Source: Salpingoeca rosetta (taxonomy: Eukaryota > Protista > Choanoflagellata). From it: a stretch of DNA of 64,000 nt. Below, piece after piece: positions 44,018 to 56,379 of this stretch. Below the pieces are notes generated by a model, which did not search any database, was not told the DNA's origin, and worked only from the letters and a program-made list of their open reading frames with translations. The position numbers and the translations under genes are program-made. The stretch is from positions 352,645 through 416,644 of the forward strand of contig JAWQFM010000020.1 of NCBI GenBank assembly GCA_033442325.1, given 5' to 3'. Within the stretch, counting starts at the first letter, position 1. Every line of letters begins with the position of its first letter.

Positions 44018-47000
44018 ATGGTTGAACGACGTATGGTGGTGGCTGGTGTCCTGGCGTTTGCCGTGCCGGCGGCGTTCAACCTGCTGTTGAACCTGGCGTC
44101 GTCGGCATCTGCAGGCCTAATGAGCTTCTTCTTCTACACGGACTTCTTCCTGGCCGTGGCATCCGCCGTCTTGACAGTGGTCCTCTTGCGTGAGGCAAAC
44201 CTCCTCACCCGCAACAACATGTGGCTGCCACTGGCGTTTGACCGGCTCAACCTCTTTGGGTTCTGCTTCGCCGCGTTCCAGCTCCTCGACATCCACACCA
44301 TCGTGTACACGTACCTGGACGAGTCCGTGCACCTGAGCACAAGTGACTTTGGGTTCCAGCTTGCACGCCGCATCGTCGTCACAGTCACCTTCATCGCCCT
44401 CCTCCCCTACATCTACCATGTGGAGCGCAAGCACGAGAGCGAGGACACATACCATGCCATCGACAACGACACCCATGGCGGCGGTGGCGACGACGACAAC
44501 GACAACGACGACAGCGACGACGACAACAATGACGACAATGACGACCAGGTGCACGACGCCAACCCACAGAGCAGCCACCACGAACAGGGGACGTCCAGCA
44601 GAGAGATTCTGCTCGCCGGCATCATGTGCGGGTTTGGGCTGGCAGAGGCGCTGCGCATGCTGCTGTTGCCTGCCCTTGCATTTGAGGACTTCCATCAGCT
44701 GGAGCTGCACACGCGCGAGAGCAGCCTTTGGCTCAACTTTGGCCTGATCCGCCCGCTGGCCGTCGTGTACGTGCTGGAGGGCGCCGTCACAATCGCCCAC
44801 GGCACGCGCAACCACCCCCGCTTCACCATCAGCCCCCTCCTGCACAAGGCCAACGTCATGGACGACAACCCATCCATGGGCGTGGCCCTGCTCGGCATTG
44901 CCTACTTCAGTCTCATGCTCTTTGGCCACTATGGCGTTGAGCTGCACGCCGTCTTCACGGCTGGCTTCGCCCTGCTGGAGGCGTGCGTCACCATAGGCGT
45001 GCTGCTGTGGCTGCTCGTCCGCTACGCCTTCCCCTGCCGCGCACGCTACGGCATGCTGTCCATGCTCCGCTTCGACCGCTTCTCGTTTGTCCTCGGCACG
45101 GCGTGCTGCGGCCTGGCGTGTGCGCTGCTCACGTGGGTTGTCATCATCCACGACTCCGTGCGCGTGGAGGAGGCAAGCCTCTTCTCTCGCAACGTGGGCT
45201 GGTTCCAGGCGGTGTTTGTGCTGCACATCGTTGATGCCGTCTTCCAGTCCATCTTCCTCATCATCGTCCACAACATCAACTCCACCGCCACGCACAACCT
45301 CGCACACAACGTCCTCTATCTCCTCTCCTGCATGCTCATCCTCCACAACCTTGCGCTGTGGGTGCTCAACACAGACTACGAGCTTGCCCTCAGCCGGACG
45401 CTGACGAGGAAAAGCACGCGCTTGCTCATCTCCCTCTGGCCGCTGGTGGTCGAGTGCCGCATGCAGTGTGTCGTGCTCATGTCTGGTATTGTCTTGCACC
45501 GCGCCCACAAGAGCACAGGCTTCTTCGCCACCCTCCTCAGCTCACGGCACGCATCTCTCCAGCACAAGGTGCACGCGCACCACACCTTGCACGAGCCACT
45601 GCTGCCATCAGGCGGTGACAGCAGCCAGGAGACCCGCATGAGTGGCGATACGTCCACAGATGGCGACGGCGCTTCAGTCAACCGCGCCCCATCCACAGCC
45701 CCATCCACAGCCCCATCCACCACGCTTTCAACACCATCAACGGCAACAGCAGCAACGGCAGCAACGACAACATCAGCCACCACGCCCTGGTTCGTTCCGC
45801 AGGGGAGAGCAACACTTGATTTTGAGTACTGGCACCCCAAGCCGTGGTTCATGCTGCTTGCCTTGCTTGGTGCTGCTGCGCTTGCATCGCTGAGCATCCC
45901 TGCGCCAGGATCGCCACCGCTGCTGCCGCCACGCAACATCTCCACGTTCCTGCTGCTGGAGTCGTGCGAGCAGTTTGAGGCGTCTGGTGGACAGCAGCAC
46001 CGGCGCAGTCTCGCCGACGCACACATGAGCAGCAGCAGCAGCAGCAGCAGCAGTGGGGGTCGCAGTGAGAGTAGCAGTGCCGGTGTTGACAGTGCTTGGC
46101 TCTCTGATGGGGATGATGGGGAGGGCGCGATTGCATCTGGTCAAGCGTGGTCGTGGGTCAGCGCTGTTGCAGCCACCCAAGACGAACTACCTGATCGCGA
46201 GGGCCAGCATGTTGACTACAGCTACGTCGTGAACGTTGTATTTCGTAGCTAGTCAATTGCGAGAGTAGGTCCCTCTGACGATCGCACCCGTCCGATAAAA
46301 CCACAACTTGCCCACATGCTAAACGTGTGGATATACAGCGAATAAGGTGCGGCCGGATGGCATTGCTGCAGTTCGCTAATTCTGAGTCCCTGGCTTTGTC
46401 AACGCCATCGAAAAGTACCTTCGGGCTCCGAGTTCCTCTAGTCATACCGAAAGAGATAAGTAACTTCGTTTCAATCGAACCTGCACTACACCACTATGTC
46501 GGCGCGCATAGTGACTTTGTTACTCCCCTATAATAAGACTCCCGAGATTGGAGTCTCACGTATTATGGTTGGAGCAGGCGTGGTCACGCCTTTTACAGAA
46601 GTATTTTTGGATACCGTTTCCTGGGCATTAAGTAATAATGGGCCCCTCGTTGAACTCTGACTGTATACCAAAATCATTCTGGCCGCAAGTGCGGGGCTAA
46701 TAGAACGTCGCAATACGAGAATGTAGGAATCGAACAATCAGCTGATGGAGCATTCTGGGCGAATAGGTGAGCGTGCTGCTGATCGACCTGCTGCTGCTGC
46801 TCGCTGCGCTGACATACACGCTGTATGTGTCGCAGTCGACAGCGCACCTGCGCGGGGAGGACTACCTCAACGTCAAGTACTCGCACACGCGGCGGCAGTG
46901 GATGCAGCGCTACTTCCTTGCGGGCTTCTTTGCGTGTGCTGGGCTGCTCGAGCTGTTTCTGAGCGCGTTTGACAGCTACCGCGTGCTGGTGTACACGGAG

Positions 47001-48517
47001 GCCATCATCGACCGCCACCGCTTCCTGTACATGGGCGTGTTGCGCGTGGTGAATGTGCTGACGTACTTCCAGCTGGCCACGCTGCTGCTGCCGCACAAGC
47101 TGCACCCGCCCATGACCAGTGTGATGATGCGCCACCACACGACAGAGCAGGCGATAGCGCGGCACAGACACATCCACGGTACCCGTGGTGTTGGTGGAGA
47201 TGGCGGTGGTGGAGATGAGTGGAGCGAGCGAGTCAGTGGTGATGGTACAAGACAGAGCGTGGTTGATGTTACGGCAAGCGATAGCGAGGATGATGGTGCC
47301 GATGATGGTGGTAGCGATGGCGACAGGGGCACTACTGCTGGCGGTGATGGCGGGAGGAAGCCAACGCGACTGCTGCGGCGGCTGCGCGGGTTTAATGGCG
47401 GTGCATCCAGCACAGACAGGCTGCCCCGTCCCCGCAACTCCCGCCGAGATGGTGGCGGGCGCCGCGCGAGCGTGTTCCACTCCATGGTGCAGCGGCGCGA
47501 TGGCGGATTCCATGAGCTGGAGCTGGATGGCCATGGCAATGGTGGCGATGGTGGTGGTGGTGGTGGTGGTGGTGGCGATGGTGGTGGTAACGGCCCTGTT
47601 GTGCAGCGTGTGGCCGATGGGCTTGGGCTGGTGCCACTTGCGGTGTTATTACCGGCGGTTGTGCTGGCCGGGTTTGTCATTTCGGTGCAGTATGGCGCAT
47701 GCAAGAGCCCGCATTACTACGCGGTGGCGTGGATGCTGGTGTCGTGCTTCAACATTGGCGTGTCGCTGACGCTGCTGGTGCGGTGGCTGGGGCCATTCCC
47801 CTCTGCTCGCTTGAAGTCGCAGCTTACGCTTCTCCACCCGCGCACGTTCACGTGGGGCCCCACAGTGTGGATGGTGTTGCTGTGCGTGCTCATGTCGACT
47901 GCAAGCACGGGTCTGCTTGTGCACCGCGACGCCGTGGCTGCGGACGTGACGCTTGCGGAGGTGGTGCAGCAGGTGGATATGGTGCTGGCGATGGTGGTGG
48001 GGATGGCGACGCACGCCAAGCGGCAGAGCCCGGACAGCAGGGAGCACCGCAAGTGGGCACAGCTGTGCAGCAACCGCGCCTTTGCCATCATGCTGCTACT
48101 TGCCTTTTCCCAATTCGCAATCTGCTTTGCCAATCTCGACAACTACGTTCGCCTCAACAGCCCGGGATTTGTGCACGTACGTTTTGCTCGCTTGTTTGTT
48201 GCCGTGTGTGTGTGTGTATAGGTGGGTTGTTTGATTTGTTTGCTTGCGTTGCGTGTTGTGTTGTGCGGTGTTGTGTGTTTATTTGTTCGCTGGCTTTGTT
48301 CGGTAGGACCTGTGACAGTCACCGAACGTGCGTGTCAACGAAGCCACACCAGTGCCCTCACCCTCCTCACCCCCACCGCACTTTTCTGTTTTGCACAAAC
48401 CAGACACGCCTGCCGCTGATCGACCACTGGGCGCTCGGGTTGTATCCGTTTTTCATTCTCGCCCGTCTTGGCCTCGGCCTCCTCCTCGCTCGCTCATGCA
48501 TCGCCTGCCACGTCTGA
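44018..48517 (+). CDS. Large otopetrin-like multipass membrane protein with tandem otopetrin modules, interrupted at 46181-46766 by a structured segment; coding parts 44018-46180, 46767-48176, 48404-48517
   Basis: More than 20 hydrophobic segments. Otopetrin-like motifs FQSIFL, LILHNLALW, LWPLVVECRMQC (cf. PFSIFYRMH) and the final LYPFFILAR. Joining 46180 to 46767 is in frame (about 1228 aa). Family assignment is from motif recall. Confidence 0.6.
46181..46766 (+). ncRNA. Candidate large (586-nt) highly structured RNA or intron-like insertion of unknown class
   Basis: About 49% GC by hand count, lower than the flanking CDS. No microsatellites and no credible ORF. About a dozen helices run from first to last base, with G-U wobbles favouring the + strand, and a 7-bp pseudoknot (46337-46343 with 46371-46377). 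Confidence 0.65.
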
Positions 48518-49066
48518 TCACCCGCGCGCGCGCGTGTGCATGTGTGCACATGTGTGTGTAGCAAATATCGTATTGGCACGCGTGCTGTTGGTACGGTGGC
48601 ACCACTCGTCTTCGTGTTCTTCTCTCCATGCATGGCTGCAGTGCCGTTTTGAGCGTATATTGATCATGGTGGGGTTGTGGTGATCGCACACATGTGTGTG
48701 GACCTCCAACCGAGCGCACCCCATTTAGCGTTAGTAGACAACAGTTGAATCTTGCACTGGCAAAGTGCCGTGGCAATGTAACAGAATAGTCTCGCGTTGT
48801 ATGCGTGTGAGTGAGTGAGTGAGTGAGTGAGTGAGTGAGTGAGTGAATGAGTGAGCGAGTGTAATGTGAATGAGTGAGCGAGTGAGTGAGCGAGTGAGTG
48901 AGTGTAGCAAAGCAGGAAAAATAACAGAAGTGAAGAAGGTCAGCCAGAGAGGCAGCGGCTGTGGCGGTGAGGAGGGCACATGGCTGTGACGTTATGTTAA
49001 ATTAGACAGGCAAGAAAGTAAGAAAGGGTGGAAGCTATTGGGGGGATTGAGGAGAAGCAGCTCATG

Positions 49067-49316
49067 CTACGCTGCAGAGTTTGGCGTGAGCAGATGGGCA
49101 ACAATCGGTTGGCCAGGCTGCGCCATTTCGCCCAGGGCCGTGCCATTGGGCGGTTCCTCCTGCGTGCTCGCCAAAATCAGCATTTGCTCCCCAGGCACAA
49201 TGTTCGTGTCGCCCATCACCTTGTCTTTCAGCTGCATGGCATGATATGTTTGTGTGCGTGTTTGTGTGTTTGTGAGTGAGTAGTGTGAGAGAGAGAAGGA
49301 GAAAGAGAGGGAGAGG

Positions 49317-49410
<94 letters not shown>

Positions 49411-50149
49411 GAGAGAGAGTGTGTGTGTGTGTGAGTGTGTGTGCGTGTGCGTGTGCGTGTGTGTGCGCGTGTTGATGGTTGATGATACCAAGTGCATTCA
49501 TGACAACTGAAGCCAAATGGCAACAATCAAGAGCCATGAAGCAACAGCACGACGCACCATGCCGAATGTGTCTGTTGTTTTGAGCCTGTACGTGTATTTG
49601 TGTTCTTCAAAGTGCACCTCCACATCGACCTCCATCGCCTGTGCAGCCTGTTGATTCTCCAGCAGCATGTTCATGCAAGCCTAGGAGAATGCGTGCACGT
49701 GCGAGTATGTGTGAGCATGTGAGCATGATTGTGCGTGTGTGTTGTTTGTTTGGTCGTTTGGGGAATCGCTGTTGATCGACACGTGTGGTGGCCGTGAGCG
49801 AGTGAAGAGGAGGGGGGAGTGGGGTGCGCATCCCAGGTCTCCATGCACGCGTTGTAGTCATGTGATACCACGGAACGGCGTGTGCTCCATGTGGAACAGC
49901 ACCAGCCATGGCACAACGTCGAACAGCACTCGCCATAACACGGACACACCCAAAACAAAACCAAAGCACTGCGCGTCGCTTCGCTGGCTTCGTTGGCTTC
50001 TATCGCTGCCTTGTGCCTCTCTGACTGACCTGAAAATCGAAATTGCTGCTCTCCAGGACAGACCTCAGGAAGAATTCGTCTGCACAGCCCGTCACCTTGC
50101 CCAACTCAGCTACCATGGCCACCTTCTGCTCCTCTGACACCTCCGCCAT
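49067..50149 (-). CDS. Small UBA-like + ubiquitin-like protein resembling the FAF1 N-terminus (135 aa; exons 50149-50030, 49680-49558, 49231-49067)
   Basis: MAEVSEEQKVAMVAELGKVTGCADEFFLRSVLESSNFDFQ|ACMNMLL (UBA-like), then VDVEVHFEEHKYTYRLKTTDTFGM|LKDKVMGDTNIVPGEQMLI (UBL). Introns are phase-0 GT-AG. Confidence 0.7.
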
Positions 50150-50338
50150 CCTGCCTGTTGTGTTGGTGTGTGTTGGTGTCTGTGAACTTGGCCTTGCTTG
50201 CTTGTTGTCGCGAGTGCCTCTTGGCAGTGGTGTGCTGAAAATTGAAGCAAGTTTTACACCACTTTTCCGAACCCGTGGTTTGTGGACGTGCGAACGGCCT
50301 CTGTTGTCTCTCAAGCACCCACCACACCAACACCAACG

Positions 50339-53300
50339 ATGAGCTACATCCAGGTCTGTGCATCCTCATGCAGTGGTACATGCGTGTATGTGAGTGTTTG
50401 TGTGTGTGTGTGTGCTTGTTTGTGTTGTGTTTTTGGGTGTGTGACGTTTACATGTGTGCATGTCGGGAGACGGCGTTGGCATGAAGATGCGCCCGCGTGT
50501 CGATGTTCCGTGTGCTCACTGAGCATTGATCTGTGCGTTGCTTTCGGTTGTGCAGCAAGAGGATGTTGTCTTTGAGGAGGACATCCTCCGCAATCCATAC
50601 TCTGTCAAGCACTGGATTCGGTACGTGATACAGCAATGTATTGGTAGAAGTGCGTGGCTCACGCCAACGAAAGGATGATCCTGTGAACACCAACACGCAA
50701 CTGATGCAACCAATGCAACCAATGCAACCAATGCAACCAATGCAAACTCACTGTTGGAACAATACACACACACACACACAACACATAACACACAACACAC
50801 AACACACAACACACAACACACAACACACAACACACAACACACAACACACAACACACAACACACAACACACACACGTGCAGGTACTTGGATCACAAGGAAA
50901 AGGCCGATCCAAAAGTGCGCTTCAACATTTACGAGCGCGCTCTGCAGCAGATGCCCGGAAGGTATGGGTGTCTGGCATACGCAGCATACCTGTCGCCCTT
51001 ATGTGCATGTGTTTGATACCGGCCTCACTTCTCATGGTGTCTCGTGTCTGTGGTCTCGTCTTCACTGCCACGATCGCTCATGCCCTTTCCCCGACATGGT
51101 TTGTGCACGCTTGCGTCCTCTTCCTGATTTGCTTTTGTCTGCAGCTACAAGCTGTGGTACCGCTACCTTGCCGAGAGGCGAACGTATGCGCAGCGCTTCC
51201 CGCCCACGCACCACACGCGCGACGCTCTGGAAGAGACGTTCGTGCGCGCACTCGCGTACATGCACAAGGTCTGCCCTGTTGTTCATGATGTGTTGCAGGT
51301 TGCACGTTGGGCGTGATTGTGTGTCTTTCATGCACGTGGCTTCGACTTCTGTTGACCAGGCACACGATCACGTGCACTTGTACAATCTCCACACATCGTT
51401 GCCGCTTTCCTTGCTCATACACGTTGACGTGTTCGTGTGTGTTTGATGTGTGTGTGTGTGTTGTGTGTTGTGTGTGGTTTGTGTGTTGTGTTGTGTTGTG
51501 TGTGCAGATGCCACGGATCTGGCTGGAGTATCTCGAGGCGATGATGGAGACAGGCAAGGTGACAGCAACACGCCGCGCCTTTGACGAAGCCCTCAGGGCG
51601 CTCGCCATCACGCAGCACCACCGCATCTGGCCCCTCTACCTGCAGGTCTGTCGTCATGATGATGGTGTTCATGATGATGGCGACAGTGATGGTAGAATCT
51701 TCACAACTGCGCGCGCGTATGTACGTGGATACAAGTATGGTTGAAGTTTGGACTTGTTTTCGTGTGTATGTGTGTGTGATGTTGCTGCGTGTCTCACTGC
51801 TCTCCGCCCTGCCACGATGCGTGCGTGTTTGATGTGTGATGTGTGGTGTGCAGTTTGTTCGCTCCATCAACGTGCCTGAGACGGCTGTTCGTGTGTACCG
51901 CCGCTACCTCATGGTCAGTCCCCACTGCTCCGTAACGTGATTCATGCATCTGTGGTGTGCGTGAGAGAGAGAGAGTGTGTGTGTGTGTGCGTGTGTGTAT
52001 GTGTGTGCGTGTGTGAGTGTGTGCGTGTGTGAGTGTGTGAGTGTGTGAGTGTGAGTGTGGTGTGTGCGTGTGTGTATGTGTGGTGCGTGCGTGCGTGTGT
52101 GTTTGTGTGCTCCGTGCACTTTGGCTGCGTGTACACGCGATGCTGAGTTGTCATACATTTCCTGACTCTGCGCGTGCGCATGTGTATGTGTTTGCAGGTC
52201 GAGCCTGAGGATGCGGAGGAGTATGTCGACTACCTCATCTCCATCAAGCGATTCGACGAAGCAGCAACACAGCTCGCACAGGTGCACACACACACATACA
52301 CACACACACATACACACACAAACACAGCTGTGATGTGTGCTTTCAGTCTCGTCATGTTTCAATGACAGGTTTTCCCTGTATTCGCCACTCCTTGCTCACA
52401 TTGTTGCGCTCACGCCATGGCACCCGTGTTCCTGCTGGCTGCAGATTGTGAACAAGAACCGGTACAAGAGCAAGCGGGGCAAGTCGAACCACCTGCTGTG
52501 GGTGGAGCTCTGTCAGCTCATCAGCAAGCACCCAGAACACATCCACACCCTCAGGGTAAGTGGACACTGTATGTGTATGTGCAGGCGCTGGTCGCTGTTT
52601 CGTTTGTGCTACTTCCCACGCATGTACATGTACATGTAAACGCACACGTCCATGTTCACGAGCACTCACATTCCACCACATTGCATCAATCGCACATATA
52701 TACACAATCACACACACACACACACAATACACAATACACACACACACACACAATACACAATACACACACGTGTGCAGGTTGAGCCGATTATCCGGGGCGG
52801 ACTGCGGCGGTACACGGACATGATCGGGTCACTCTGGTGCTCGCTCGCAAACTACCACATCCGAAGCGGAAACTTTGAGAAGGTGTGCTGAGGCTTTAGG
52901 CCCTTTTGTTCGTCTGCCTCCCCTTGTTTGTTTGTTTGCTGGTGTGCTTTCTGTTTCTGTATGTGTGTGTGTGTGCGTGTGCTATTGTATTACTCTTTGA
53001 TGTGTGCATGCTTCTGCCACGTGTCAGCCACACATGTCCTCTCTGCCACCACCACCATCCACACCATTGTCGCTCAATCCCCCCAACATCACCGCCATGC
53101 GTCAGGTGCGGGACATTTACGAGGAAGGGCTGGCGGCTGTCAGCACCGTCCGCGACTTTAGCGCCATCTTCGAGGCATACGCCGAGGTACCCAGCACCAC
53201 ACACTGCTGCTGCTGCTTGGCTCTTGTTTCCTTGAGCGCTGTATGGGTTGCATTTGCATTCGCATGTGTGTGTGTGTGTGTGTCCCGCGTGCGAGCTTTG

Positions 53301-54552
53301 CGCGCGTGTTTTGTTGCATTCCGATCGTTAACGTCCGTCCTCGAACGATTGTCGTGCTCAGTTTGAGGAGACATCGCTCAACGCCATGCTTGAGGACGAA
53401 GAGCAAGGTATGCACATATCTGCTGATCCACCAACCTGCCCATCACGTCCACCACGACGTTGTGTTTTGCTACATCTCGTGCGCCAGCCACCACCCACTA
53501 ATGACCAATCATCACTGACCAATCATCACTGACCATCCACCAATGGCCGATCGCCAATCGCTCACCACTGACCCTCCTGTCTCGTCCACCACGTGCGGCG
53601 TGTAGACGAGGTTGAGCTTGAGCTGCGGATGGCGCGGTATGAGAATCTGATGGAGCGACGGCCGCTTCTCCTCAGCAGTGTCCTCCTGCGCCAGAACCCG
53701 CACAACGTCGACGAGTGGCTCAAGCGCGTCATGCTGTTTGAGGCATCGCCAAAGGAGGTCAGCACACCTCCATGCTGTGGCTGTGGATGGTGTCCCTGCT
53801 GCGGTTGCGTTTGTGCGTTTGTGCGTTTGTGCGTTTGTGCGTTTGTGAACACCTCCGTTTTGTGATTGTGCCATCGTGTGACCCAAATGCGCGCTTGATG
53901 CGTTTACTCCTCACCGCCGCCGCGCCCTCACCAATCACGGCCCCAAACCACCAACCACCAACCACCAACCACGACCCCGCACCAACCCCCATTACCACCA
54001 CGGTTCCATCAGATGATCCGCACGTTTACGGAGGCGGTGCAGACGATTGACTACCAACAGGCGGTGGGCAAACCGCAGCAGCTGTGGATTGAGTTTGCAA
54101 AGCTCTACGAGTCAAACCAGCAGCTCTCCCAGGCGCGCGCCGTCTTTGATCGCGCCGTCCAGCAACCCTTCCGCAAGGTACACACACACACACACACAAG
54201 CATACACACGCTTGTTCTGCTTGCTTATTTCATTCGTTTTGTTTTGAATTTGTTTGCTGACTATGCTTGCTTGTTTTGCCCCTGGCTGTCAAGAACTGTG
54301 CCCGTCTGCATCTTTTTATCCCTCCTCTTTCTTCATGTGTGCATGCACCACGACACCACAACATCTCTCGCTGCCATTGCTCATTGCGCCTCCTGCTGCT
54401 GTGTGCTGCTGCTGCTGCTTCTCAGGTTGACGACTTGGCCGACGTGTGGTGCGCATTCGCTGAGATGGAGATCAGGAACAAGTGCGTTTGTAACCCCCTG
54501 CTCCTGTTCGCGTCTGCTGTTTGTCTTTATCAAGTCACACGCGCACCGCGCG

Positions 54553-54585
<33 letters not shown>

Positions 54586-55637
54586 TTGCTTGCATGGATG
54601 CTCATGTTTCATTCCACGTGTTGACGTAACAGGAACTACAAGCAAGCACTGTCGCACCTTCGCCGGGCCACGCACGTGCCATCACGCAAGAAGGCGGCAG
54701 TGGACAACAACAGCGTGCAGATGCGCGTGCACCGTTCCCTCAAGCTCTGGTCCATGTACGCCGATCTGGAGGAGTCGCTCGGCACCTTTGAGGTGCGGCC
54801 CCGGATCGTGGGCACTGCGAACAGCATGCGTGTGTGTATGTGTTTGTATGTGTACGTATGTGTGTGTGTGTTTGTGTGTTTGTGTGTTTGTGTGTTTTCT
54901 TTGTGCATGTGTGTGTGTGCGGTGATGCCGATGCCACGAGCGGCAACTCGCAAGAAGTTGATCTTTCTCTCTCTCGCGTTCACACACACACACACACACA
55001 CAACATGCACGTCTTCAGACGACCAAGGCGGTGTACAACCGCATGATTGAGCTGCGTGTGGCCAATCCACAGACCATCCTCAACTTTGCGTCGTTCTTGG
55101 AGGAGCACAAGTACTTTGAGGAGGCGTTTTCCGCCTATGAGAAGGGCCTGGGCCTGTTCCGCTGGCCTGTCGTCTACGAAATCTGGAACGTTTACCTCAC
55201 CAAGTTCATTCAGCGTTATGTACGTGGGCTTGTTGATGGGCGCTCATGTGTGCCGACGCGTTTGTGATTCTCTCAACCTGGTCTAAAATGTCTGATTTCA
55301 TCTTTTTTCGTTTGGTTTCCTCACACACACACACACACACACATACACACACACACACACACACACATACACATACACACACACACACATACACAGGGCG
55401 GCCGCAAGTTGGAGCGCACGCGCGAGTTGTTTGAGCAGTGTCTTGCGCACGTGCCGGACAAGTTTGCAAAGGTGCTCTACCTCAAGTACGCCCAGTTTGA
55501 GGAGGTTCGTTTGCCGCTTGAACATTGGGCTCTGGATTTTATTTAGCATGCTTGCGCCGCGTTCCTCGTGTCTGTCTCCATGTTGCGCCTGCATTCCGCT
55601 ACTCTGCTGCTGCTGCTGCTGCTCTCTCTCTCTCTCT

Positions 55638-55669
<32 letters not shown>

Positions 55670-56314
55670 CACACAACACACACATACACACACATATACA
55701 CACCCTCCCTCAACCTCCGCGTATCCGCGTCTCACGATGCTGCTACTGCTGCTGCTGCATGCACTCACCAACAGGATCACGGTCTCGCCCGTCACGCCAT
55801 GGCCGTGTACGAGCGCGCCACCAAGGCCGTCCGCAAGCCCGAGCGATACGAGGTGCGTTAGTGTGTGCTGTTGTGTGCTGTATGTGTGTGATGTGTGTGG
55901 TGTGTGTGTGTGTGTGATGTGTGTCATGTGCTCGTGTCGTGGAGGCGTGCGTGTTTACTCGTTTCTGCTGTCATTTCTGCTATCTATGTGTGTGTATGTG
56001 TGTGCATGTGCGCTGTGTTTTGTAGCTCACTTGGTGACCGGTACGCTTCGCGTTGTACTTCTTCTCAGATGTGGCAACTGTACATCAAGCGTGCTGCCCA
56101 CATCTTTGGCGTGACGCACACACGCGCTCTGTACGCCAAGGCGCTTGAAGACGACCACCTTGCAGGTATCGTCAACTGACCACCTACTGCCTGGGCACAT
56201 TGAGAACTGCGTGGCATGCTGCTGTGCTTGCAGGCGTTTTGCCCATTTGCGGATGCCGTTCCTGTTCTCACTTACTTGATGTCCTTGATTCTCATTCACT
56301 GGACACATCCCAAT

Positions 56315-56379
<65 letters not shown>

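Noticed and set aside
46158-46737. Short ORFs (68-95 aa) inside the structured segment as an element-encoded protein
   Set aside because: They are short, several use non-ATG starts, and none shows a transposase, homing endonuclease or RT motif.
46181-46766. Canonical group I/II intron, HEARO/omega RNA, or DNA transposon/MITE
   Set aside because: No U at the 5' exon end, no P/Q/R/S or GUGYG consensus, no adjacent IscB/TnpB ORF, and no TIR or TSD seen. Not formally excluded without a covariance-model search.
46157-46766. Ordinary GT-AG intron using in-frame GTs (46157, 46211-46238) and the AG at 46765-66
   Set aside because: It is possible by frame, but the donors are weak, there is no pyrimidine or CA tract before the AG, and it would not explain the end-to-end pairing. 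RNA-seq is needed to exclude it.
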